Positions 54,076 through 64,000 of a DNA stretch of 64,000 nt are shown here, one piece after another. Origin of the DNA: the human T2T-CHM13v2.0 reference genome, Homo sapiens. The position numbers and the translations under genes are program-made. Location of the stretch: assembly GCF_009914755.1 (NCBI RefSeq), contig NC_060929.1. One strand, given 5' to 3'. The notes beneath the pieces were generated by a model. That model ran no database searches and had not been told where the DNA came from. It worked only from the letters and a program-made list of their open reading frames with translations. The first letter of the stretch is position 1. The number at the start of each line of letters is the position of its first letter.

Positions 54076-54361
54076 TGAGTGGAGAAGTATCAGAGAGAAA
54101 GTAAAACTGCCTCCTAAGTATTCAGCTTACAGCCTACACTTTTAAATAATGAGAAGACTTCATGCCCATTCTCAAAGCCTGTTTTAATTTAAAAAAAAAA
54201 TCAGGTTATTCAATTAGAGCCTAATGCTAAAAAACTTGGGGCCTTTGATTCCTAAATGAAAAAGAAATTAACTATATCCCCAACATCACTGGAAGTATTG
54301 TTAACTACAGATAACTATTTTAAAATGTTTGCCATTACTCTTCTGATGATTTGGGTCAGAA

Positions 54362-54435
54362 ACACACGCATGCACACATACACACACATGCACACACACA
54401 CACAGAGAAAGAGAAAGAGAGGGAGAGGGAGAGGG
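54362..54435. repeat. Compound (CA)n/(GA-rich) microsatellite
   Basis: Read directly from the sequence. Confidence 0.85.
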
Positions 54436-54646
54436 TGAGGAGTATGATCAACTCTACAAATTTAAAAAATAGTCAACAGTCAATCAGTATGTTTGCCTAC
54501 TAAAGGGAGGAATTTTACTTTAGAAGTTATATCCTAGAGGTGGTGGCACTACAACTAGAGAACTGATGAATCGGATAATCAGAGGGTTATAGGATTATGC
54601 TCATGACCCTTGAATCTTAGCCTGAATCTTAACTGGGTACCCTGAC

Positions 54647-55101
54647 TGCAATGTTTAATTTTATATATCAACTCAGCTGATCTTAGTGCCCAGATATTCA
54701 GTCAAATATTATTATGAATATTTCTGTGAGGACGTTTTTGGGTAAGATTTACATTTAAATTAGTGGACTTTGAGTAAGGCAGAGAATCCTCCATAATGTG
54801 GGTGGGTCTCATCTAGTCAGCTGAAAGGTTGAATAGAATATAGGGATGATCTTCCATGAGCAAGAGGGAATTCTGTAGCAATGGCCTTTGGACTTTTATG
54901 GGCTCTTCCTGGATCCCATAAAGGTAGCAGACTACCTTTAAACTTGAACTACAACTGTTTTCTGAGCCACCAGCCTGCCAATCTCCCCCATTAGATTTTG
55001 GACTCCCCAAGCCTCCAGAATCATCCAGTTTCTTAAAATGCATCTCTTTCTGTATATCTGCACATCCTATTGGTTCTGTTTCTCTGGAGAGCCCTAATAC
55101 A
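54647..55101 (+). mobile_element. MLT2-family (ERVL) solo LTR
   Basis: TG..TTAATTTTAT..TCAACT..CCTCCATAATGTGGGTGGG..CCTATTGGTTCTGTTTCTCTGGAGAGCCCTAATACA; 5-bp TSD CTGAC/CTAAC. Confidence 0.88.
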
Positions 55102-55249
55102 CTAACCAATGAGATCTATAAGTTTACTAATTGATGATGATTATGTTACTTTGCTCTGGCTGTATCATTAAGAAAACTCAGCCCAACTTTTGTCCAGTGC
55201 TTTTCAGAGTGTTTCCCACAGGGCCCTAACTCATTGGATTCTATACATG

Positions 55250-55417
55250 TCCAGTGGACTGCCTACATCAGATTACCTGGGGGCTTGGAAAAATTCATAT
55301 TTCTAGGTTCTACTTCAGATATGTTGAATTAGAATCCCTATGGTGGGACTTGGCAATCTGTGTTTTTGACAAATTCTTCTTCTAATTCTTGTGCATATAA
55401 AATTTGAGAACTACTGG
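55250..55417. mobile_element. MER5-type element
   Basis: ACATCAGATTACCTGGGG..TGAATTAGAATC..AATCTGTGTTTTTGACAA..TTTGAGAACTACTG. Confidence 0.65.
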
Positions 55418-56905
55418 TCCACTGGATCCTATGGTCTATGTTTCTGATTTTGTATGGATAGTGAAATTACTGGGAAAGAGACTATTATAATTAAGACCAA
55501 AACTAGTATCTGAAGAAAGATTCAGCAGTGGGAATAACAAGCATTTAGATAATAAATGCTATATGGATATACATTTCCTTCTACATATGGGTTATAGTTG
55601 TGTTATACATTTATTTTAAATATGGAATCTAATCGCTGTTATTAGATAGGATTATATGACAGATTCAAATTGAAAACGTCCCAGAAATAGCCCACAATTC
55701 TTTGATTTAAAGGAAAATTGGGAAAACACTAAGGGAATGTGCAAAGATGCAAAAGAAAGTGACACTGAGGGCCGTGAAGAAGAAACAGGTAGTTATGTAG
55801 AATGGCAGGAAAAGACTGACTGTCACCTGTGGCCTGGTTTAGAAATGCACCTGCAGGAATTGATGGAGCCCATGGAGTATCCACCTTCTGGCTGTGGCCG
55901 ATTCTTAATTCTGTAAAGGAAGGTAGGGGAAGGGAAAGAGGGATGGACCTTATCTCTATGGTGTCGATGCCAATTGTGTAATGTACAACACATGGGATAT
56001 GCTTTTCATCAATACTGTGCCAGAAAGATTTTGACTCACCTGATCGTAGAAATGAGTAGGTTTGTGAAACAATTAGCATATGGAATAGATTATGAAGCTG
56101 GTTATCTTAACATCTGGCTTACTGATACTCCACATTTCCTATAAATCTAGAACGAAAGAACAGCAATTCCCATAACAGATGTAGACCAATAACATAAGAA
56201 GAATGACTTATTTTCACCCAGGGTGACCCTTGTAGTTATTAACATGGCATTGATTTCCTGTTTGCCTTTTCTGAATTGACATGGACAATGATCTTTAACC
56301 CCTAAAAAAGTCATGAAGACTAAATAGTCAGACAAGTGAATGTTGATGAAAGAACCTAATTCTTTATATTCATTTTGACTTTTCTGTGAGCTATTCATAT
56401 GAGCTGATTAATTTTTCAGAGAAAGACTCACTGTTTAAGTACAAAGTGATGACAAGTAGTAAAGTTCAGCTTAAAATGCTCAAAAGTCCCATTTTCTCTC
56501 CCTTTTATATCCAGAAATTTTTGGAAATAAGGACACCATGCAAAATCCTTGGAAATTTAGACTACGTAAGATATTTTTAAGTTAAAGGGATTATACTGAA
56601 TGTTTTCTCTTCATAGAAATATAGTCAAACTATTTAGTTATTTTAGGCAGACCTGTTAGTTTTGGGACCTATAGATTCTAAATTTATTTTAAAAACCTTT
56701 GGGAAGAGAATTGACTATGAAGAAAGCATCCAAATTCCTATGGTTACCACTATTGAACAAAGAAACAAACACTACCCACTCCTCGTCTCTGTAATCAAAA
56801 ACAAAAACTAGTTATAAAACCTGAAGGCATTTTAAATTTTTTTTGGTTTATAGAACAGGGTGAAAAATAAAATGCAAATAATGGATCAGCAAAATTGTTC
56901 TAGTT

Positions 56906-57109
56906 CAGGGGTCGACAAACTCTGGCCTGCAGGCAAATCCAGCCCACTGCCTGTTTTTAATATGGCATGTGAGCCAAGAATTATTTTTACGTTCTTAAGA
57001 GATTGTGAAAAATATAATAAAGAAGAATAGGCAACAGAAGCCATATGCGGCCCACAAAGACTAAAATATTTACTATCTTTCCTTTTTCAGAAAACATTTG
57101 CTGACCCCA
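56906..57109. mobile_element. MER58A (hAT-Charlie MITE)
   Basis: TIRs CAGGGGTCGACAAAC / TTTGCTGACCCC; 8-bp TSD-like TTCTAGTT / ATCTAGTC. Confidence 0.85.
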
Positions 57110-57253
57110 ATCTAGTCTAAATAAGAAAATATTTAGAGCCATTCTGTTATCTCTGTGATCCCTGACAATCTGCATGTCTCCTCTGAGCCTGCTCCCTTAT
57201 CTGTGACTTTGGGATGATTACATCTGATCAAACTTACAAATAAAAAAAAAAAA

Positions 57254-57590
57254 CTACCTGTTTACCAACCTCTTCTACTTCCCCCATCCTCCTCCCCAGC
57301 CTCTGGCAACCACTATTCTATTTTTGCTTCTGTGAGATTTGGTGATTTATTGTACAGCAAGGTGACTATCATTGACAATAATGTATTATATATCTTAAAA
57401 TAGCTAGAAGAGAGGATTTTGAATATTCCCACCACAAGGAAATGACAGGTGTTTGAGGTAATGAATAGGCTAATTATCTTGGCTTGATCATTACACAATG
57501 TATACATGTATCAAAATATCATGGTCTGCATAAATATATACAGCTATTATGTCTTGAAGACAAAACTTAAAAATAATAATAATAAAAAAA
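57254..57590 (+). mobile_element. L1MA (4/5-like) 3' end with an ~85-bp 5' inversion
   Basis: 57254-57339 is antisense L1 3'UTR (CCCAGCCTCTGGCAACCACTATTCT); 57340-57590 is sense (AATAGCTAGAAGAGAGGATTTTGAA..A-tail). Confidence 0.85.
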
Positions 57591-58239
57591 AGAAAATGGA
57601 GGGAATTTGAAAACCATTACTTGCCACTAGACATTGGTCAGTAACATCACCTAAAACTTGCAGCCTCTTTCCATCAATAAATAAAGGTTTTGATAGAACT
57701 GATTTTAAACTGGGGGGAGGGAATTGGGGAAGATGAACTTTTATTTTTGAGGAGATTTATTTTAGGGCTATTGCTTTTCATCAAATAATTTGCTTTGAGG
57801 ACACATTGGATATTTAGCCCAAACCAAACTCTGATACTTTGGACCAAGTCAAGCAATGGTTTATCTTTGTTTGGTAAATGAGGTCATCCTTCACAGATTG
57901 TGCCAATTATCACCATATGAAAATTGCCTGTGTGAGTGGAGGAAGGGGAGAAGAATATTGAACATACTTGAAAACAAAATCCTTTGGAACACCCTCACTT
58001 TGGAGGTGTGAAGATGATACAGGGTCCTGGATGTTGGGGAATTACTGAGACCCAGACACGTGTGAAATGATAATGTCTGGAACAGGGAAAAGGTGGACAT
58101 TAACTTTCTACTGAGAACTGAGAGAGTTAAGAGGAGACTCAAAGCCCTGGCAAATAGGGTGAGAATATCTATTGGCACGGAGGAAGCGGAGTGAGGCAAT
58201 AAAATCATTCACAAATTGAAATAATGAAAATGATTGTAT

Positions 58240-58400
58240 ACTCAATGCCACACTCCAGAAACTGGGCTAGCTAACCACTTTATTATCTCATTTAATCTTC
58301 ATAACCACATTGTAGGTAGGCAAAATTGTCATTCTTTTATAGGTGAAAAGGCTGAGAAAGGCCACAGAGAACTGAAGAAGCTTGTTAAGGTCAAACTAGA
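58240..58400 (-). mobile_element. MIR
   Basis: ATCTCATTTAATCTTCATAACCAC..GTAGG..TTTTATAGGTGAAAAGGCTGAG. Confidence 0.65.
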
Positions 58401-58989
58401 CAAGAGTACCCAGGAAGTCCCAGGAAGGGAAGAGTAGGAGAAAAGAGACAACTGGCTGACACCCTGAAACCTCAATTTTGATCATGAAATGTCTGGATTT
58501 TACTGCGTTGTTTTCATCTGTCATCCTGATGATACCCTATCCTAAATGGTATAAGTGAAGGGCCCTGCTGGTGGTGATAACAAACCTGATTAAGTAGTGA
58601 ATTTGAGGCAGGGAGAAGAGGAAGCAGTTTAGGGTGTTTTTGGTTTTGTTTCAATTTTTAAACAATCCATTCATATGCAAATTAGCAAAGTGAGAAAAAC
58701 CGTGTTTTATCTCTTGACTAAGGTAGGTTCTTTACTAGGCAATAATTTGTCAGCCTGGTTTGAGTAACCGTGGTATACTTGAAAGTAACACAACTTCTTT
58801 CAAGTATTTTACAATTTAGATTGTTGTGAATTTATGCCAATTCTCCATAGAATGGTAATTCAAACAATTCAAGTGAGGGCTTGCAGTACATAGACTCAAG
58901 GTTACAGGAACACCACATCCCTATTCACTAATATCCCAGATCTTTGTATCATAGCATTTCATGGTGTTGGACACAGAAGAAATTTCAGG

Positions 58990-59075
58990 GGAATTGAGTC
59001 CAACCCTCCTGATTATTCACAAAAGGAAACTAAGGTACATAGAGGTCATATGATTTGCCCAAGGTCATGTAGTGC
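58990..59075 (-). mobile_element. MIR core fragment
   Basis: GGAAACTAAGGTACATAGAGG..TGATTTGCCCAAGGTCA. Confidence 0.6.
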
Positions 59076-59129
59076 CTATAGGTAGTATAGATGGAGTGGC
59101 AGATACGAACTGTGCATGACTTAGATGTA

Positions 59130-60302
59130 GCCTCTGCTGTCTCTGAATGGCCTACCTGTCTGAAAGAGCTAAATCTGAGCCCTTAATATAGGATATTCTT
59201 TGAGGAGTCCAACTGGCCAGTTGGTGGCAAGGTGTCTACATTGGGTCCATCTGGAAAGGGCAAGTGGTTCATCCTCACAGGGATGGATATCTACTCTGGG
59301 TATGTGGATGCCTTTCCTGTTTGCAGAATCTCAGCCAGCACAACTATCTGGGGATCCATAGAGTCTCAGCCAGCACTGCTATCTAGTCTGACCTACCAAA
59401 TGTGAATCCAACCAGGGATCTAACTTTACAGCAAAGGAGGAGTAAGAGAGGAATCACCATAGGATCCACTGATTTTATCACATACTTTGCTGCCTACCAT
59501 CCAGAAGGAGCTAGCCTCAAAAAGCTGTGGAATGGCCATCTGAAGTCCTGGTTGAAGCACTAGCTCAGAGGGAACTCTCTGAAAGGATGGGGTGCTATCT
59601 TTCAAGATGCAGTATGTGCATTTAATCAGAGACCTCTCTATGACACCATGTCCCCAACAGAAAGAATGTATTGGTCTGGGAACTAAGGGGTAAAAGCAGA
59701 AATGGCTTAACTTAGCATCATTCCCAGCGATCCACTGGAGAATTTGTGCTTCCTGTTCCTGAAACTCTGGGCTCTCTGAATTGGAGGTCCTGGACCCCAG
59801 AGAGGGTAGCCTCCTTCCAGGGGACATAGTCAGGTCCTATTGAAGTCCAAGGTACCCCTCTTGCCAAAGCACTCTGGACAACTTTGTTAGGGACCAGCAG
59901 GCAAGAAGAAAAGGCACTATCTTGGCAGGGGTAATGGCTCCTGACCAGCAGGGGGCATAGGGCTGCCTTTGCACTATGGGGGCAGGGAGGAATGTGTGTG
60001 GAACCTTCTGATCCACTTTGGCATCTGCTGACACTCTCTACACTATTAGACCTGTGAATGGATATGACAGCAACTCCAAGCCCAGAAAGGTAGTATGCCT
60101 GTCAAGAGTTCCGATCGTTCAGAAATGAATGATGATAGTGAGGGTGGTGGAATTTCGAATGGATAGTGGAGGTGGGAGAGGATGAGAACCTGTAGTGACT
60201 CTCAGGCCAACTAACACCCTTAAGTAAGAGGGGCTTCAAGGAGCCATGGAGCAGCCACTCCTAAGGCTGTATGCAGAATAGATCTGTGCAGTACAAGAGG
60301 AA
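59130..60302 (+). mobile_element. ERVL-class internal remnant (integrase core and 3' region; ERV3-16A3-like)
   Basis: Manual translation across frameshifts gives QLASWWQGVYIG / WKGQ / FILTGMDIYSGYVDAFPV / NQGSNFTAKE / HPEGASLKKLWNGHLK, matching ERV-L integrase; directly abuts the LTR. Confidence 0.8.
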
Positions 60303-60773
60303 TGTGGTGGCCATAAAAATGAACTCTCAGATCTCCTGCTGTGAGTGTATTATTGACTAATGGCCCCATCTGTCATCTGTTCCCACTGAGGCCACACTTC
60401 CCATAGGCTTCTCTCAGCCCAAGACTGAGCACTGCAGGGATTAATGCAAGCTCTTCCCTGTAGGATGAGAGCCCCCTCTGATGGGTGACTTGGCTTGAGG
60501 ATTTCCTATTAGCTTGGCCAAGACTTCCCTGGAGGTGCACTGAAATCTGAGACCCCTTCTTCCCATCCTTCTTTCCTTCCCCATCTCCTTCACAGGGCTT
60601 AGACCCACATCACAGTCTGAATGGTTGCTGCACATAACCATTCCCAGCTCATTTAAATCCCCTGCCTCATCTGGTTCCCTTCCCCTTTTCCTTCACAAGT
60701 GTTTCCTCCATAAATCTCCTGCATATAAAATCCAATCTTGGTTTCTGCTTCTCAGAGGACTTGAACTAACACA
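60303..60773 (+). mobile_element. LTR16C-like 3' LTR
   Basis: TGTGGTGGCCAT..CTCAGATCTCC..GACTGAGCAC..TCTGCTTCTCAGAGGACTTGAACTAACACA; purine run just upstream. Confidence 0.82.
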
Positions 60774-61189
60774 GCGGTGCTGTTAACACTTCTCACTGAG
60801 TCTTCTGTGACTGATGTTGGTGTGTGAGATATTTTCCAGCCTGCATCTTCTTCCTTCTTCTCCTCCTAACATTTCTCAATTCTCCCAACCCAGAGTTTTT
60901 TTCCTGATGGAGAGGACACCTCCTGAAGGTTCTTTTATTTCTCCTTATTTCCTACCACCACCAGCTCCGATTTTTATATCCAAATTCTTGAGTTAAAGTC
61001 TTTCTTCAGTAAACTACATGCTACCATCAGCCTCTTTCCTTGAAGGTCCTACTGTAGGACCTTCTTCTTCACAGTGTGTCCCACATCGATGAGAAACATT
61101 CTCAAAATGTGGTGGCCATTCCTGTCCTGCAGACATGTGCAGACCCAGACTTGCCATGGCCTCTTAGTGCTGCTCATCAGTTCAGCATT

Positions 61190-61350
61190 CCTTGTAGGTA
61201 TTTAGTTAATCCTTGCAAAAGTTCCGTGAGGTATGTGCTATCATTATTCTCTTTTTACAGATGGTGAAATAAAGGGCAGAGTATTTAAGTAACTTGCCAT
61301 GAACCTACAGCTAGTAAATTCTATGGATGCCAGATCTGAACCAAAGCACT
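61190..61350 (-). mobile_element. MIR
   Basis: TTTTACAGATGGTGAAA..TTAAGTAACTTGCC..ACAGCTAGTAA. Confidence 0.65.
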
Positions 61351-62589
61351 ATAAGGAAGAGAGAAAGGAGATGACAATTAGAGAAGGAGATTGGATCAAG
61401 GAAGGCCTTTTTTTTCTTTTTTTCTTTTTTTTTTTAAATCAGAGATTTGAGTTCCCCTCTCCTTTTCCCAGTTCTGGACCTACTTTAATTAATTAATTAT
61501 AATTCACTAAATCATTCATTCATTTATATTTTGACTTAGCAAAATGCATGTGTTGAGCACAACAATTTCCAATTTATTCATTGCTGCTTACTTGCTTGTT
61601 TGTTTGATGACAGGAAAAGATCCACTGAGCTGCAGAATTCTCTGTGATTCTTAGTCTTTCTTGCCTTGTCTACTCTTGGCTCTTCTTGCATTGATACTGC
61701 AAAGAACATAGTTCCTGGACATTCTCAATTTGCAGATGTACCAGCTTCAACAAAAACCTCTTGATACTGCAAAAATCTGGTTGTTTACTCTTTGTTGTTG
61801 TTTGTCTTTAAACAAAAATAAAGAGTATACAAGAACTCTTATAGGACCCTACACAATAGAAAGCTGTGACAGATGGATGTCTTTCTCACATGAGTTTCTG
61901 GACAGCATGCATGAGCCCTCTGGCAGGCAGTGCCGCCTGCGTGCAGGGAATGGGTGGTGATGAGCATTCTCAGGAAAGTCCCTCATGTCACTAGCCTGGG
62001 GCCCTCCCAATACCCAGCACATTGGAACAGGGTTAAATGGAGCTTCAAGGATTTGTGCAGGTGGAGTGGAACAAAAGGACAGAAACAGCTGATCAGCTTT
62101 AAATGTCTAGGCGGCTAAATCAGGATTAACCTTTTTGGCTTTTGTGCTGATGAGATTTAGAGAGCCCTGCACGTCGCCCAGCTTAGAAGCAGATTTTTCA
62201 CTAAATAAGATTTGTACTGTTTTATAAATATCAGCCACTAGATAACTCGATTCACACCACTAGTTAAAAAATAATAATGCTCCTGAGTTGAAATCTATAC
62301 GTTAACTTTATATCCTGTTTAAATTAATTGAATTGATATGAAGATAAAAATATTTGTCAATGTATGTTCCAAGCTGTGCATTACTGGGAAGGATTAAAAA
62401 AACCACAGACATTTTATCCAACCTCATTTTTCAGTTTGTCTATGGATGATGTTATCTTTCTTCCAGCCAGATAATTAAGTACTTGATGGCACTCATTCAT
62501 GCATCGTGTAGCATGCAGCAAGTCTTAAAAATACATGTCATGACCAGTCTCCTTCTTCATCTAAATGAATGAAAATTATGTCAGGGGAA

Positions 62590-62780
62590 GTAATATTCAT
62601 AAACTGACTATATGCCAGACACTTCATTTTCTGTGTAAGCTGTTTAATTCTTAAAGCATCCTATGTTAAAATGAAGACTCAGAGATTCAAAGATGTTAAG
62701 TAATTTGCTTGCAGTAGGTGGCAGAGCCAAGTTGAGACTCACATACTGGGACTCCAGACCCAGTGATTTATTCTCCCACT
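62590..62780 (-). mobile_element. MIR
   Basis: TATGCCAGACAC..ACTCAGAGA..GTTAAGTAATTTGC..GGTGGCAGAGCC..GACTCCAGA. Confidence 0.55.
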
Positions 62781-62829
62781 GTGTTCTTACTTTGCTGTGG
62801 ACAGACTCCATAGAAAAGGGTAGAAAACC

Positions 62830-63030
62830 ATGGGCTCTGGAGCCAGAAAAACTCATGATCAAAAGGTATGTCTGCTACTGTCATATTTACGAGACCTTTG
62901 GAAGTCATTTAGTCTAAGAGTCTATTTCCATATCTGTAACATGGAGATACTTTTTAACATAGTGAGTTGTTTTAGTGATGACATGACATAGTATAGGTAA
63001 AACGTTTAGCATGCTGTATGGTACATCATT
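62830..63030 (+). mobile_element. MIR
   Basis: TGGGCTCTGGAGCCAGA..GACCTTTGGAAGTCATTTA..ATCTGTAACATGGAGATA. Confidence 0.6.
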
Positions 63031-63396
63031 AACTGTATCATTCAATGGTACTGATATCCAGTTTTTTTTTAAGTCAGTCCACTGGATATTCTTGGCTTTT
63101 AACAACACATAGGAAATAATATTTCATCTTATTTTTAAAAATAACACCCTTTTTTGAAATATCTTCAAACCTTTCAGATTTTACATTTTACTGTATCTCC
63201 CCTTGTAATGGAGTTCTGTACACACAAGGTGTTATGGGAAAGGGAAATAAAGTTGATACTGAGCTGGTTAGATCTTAACATTATTAATTGTAGGGCACTG
63301 GGGTTTGGTTAATGGCCTCATGTTAGAGCACCAACTGGATTCACCTGGCCTTTGTACATTGGTTGAAGGATTCTTTCTGTTCCAATTTCTCTGCAG

Positions 63397-63773
63397 ACCA
63401 GATCAGAAGGCTTAGGTCAAAGTTGAAACCCTGTAGTATTAGGATTCGGATATTTGGAGAGCTAAGCTAAGGGATGAGATCTCAACGATAACTTAAAAGG
63501 ACTGACGCCACTTGCAATGACCAACAGTGACCTTGCCATCAGAGAGAACCTCATCAGGAAGGACTTTGAGCTCTTAAGGAAGCCACCCCTTTGGAGAGGC
63601 TCTACTTGGACCCACCAAATTCCAATCTGTAGGAAAAAAGCTACAGCCAATTTTCAGGCCGCTTCCAAATACTACATGAGCTAGTTTGGTGTCTAATGTA
63701 ACAGTTGTACATGTTTTAGTGGCTCCACAGTTAGACTTGTTGGACACTAAGGAAGCCATCTATCAGAGAGTTG
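63397..63773 (+). other. Candidate 377-nt exon (probably lncRNA)
   Basis: Acceptor TTCTTTCTGTTCCAATTTCTCTGCAG|AC and donor TTG|GTGAGT; no frame is open across the whole exon. Confidence 0.35.
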
Positions 63774-64000
63774 GTGAGTTCAGAATTTAATGAATACCCT
63801 TCCTTTTATCACTGTTACCATTATTCTGCATTTTCTTAAGCTGTATTTATTTGGATGATCCTAGCTACCTGTTGTCCTCAGAGGCTACAACTTTTATTTC
63901 CTACAAAATAGTTATTCCTTCTTACTTTTATCGTCTTCCTTTTAGAGATGCCTAAGCAATGTGTGTTGTTTGTTTAGAGAAAACTTATGAATATTTCTGG

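Noticed and set aside
61688-61775. 13-bp direct repeat TTGATACTGCAAA, twice
   Set aside because: No recognisable insert or tail between the copies; compatible with chance or trivial slippage

Overview
Primate (human-like) non-coding genomic DNA, intergenic or intronic. Roughly half is recognisable interspersed repeat: about ten Alus, several L1 fragments, L2/MIR remnants, MaLR/ERVL/ERV9 LTRs and hAT-type MER elements. No host protein-coding exon can be supported. The long ORFs in the track come from a tandem repeat, low-complexity DNA, Alus, or decayed L1/ERV coding remnants. There is no CRISPR array, rRNA or tRNA. The most notable structures are: (1) a ~3 kb strand-asymmetric (AT)n/CCCATAG VNTR with internal sub-domains (10.1-13.1 kb); (2) an old, near full-length L1 (26.4-33.8 kb) with a probable TSD, whose 5' junction plus ~100 bp of upstream flank is duplicated in inverted orientation inside its own 5'UTR; (3) a solo LTR12 (ERV9) with nine CCAAT boxes; (4) two 5'-inverted (twin-primed) L1 3' ends; (5) short templated inverted insertions; (6) a few well-formed candidate non-coding exons and regulatory patches. 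Subfamily names come from recalled consensus sequences, not database searches, and boundaries of old repeats are approximate. I found no evidence for a new biological system.
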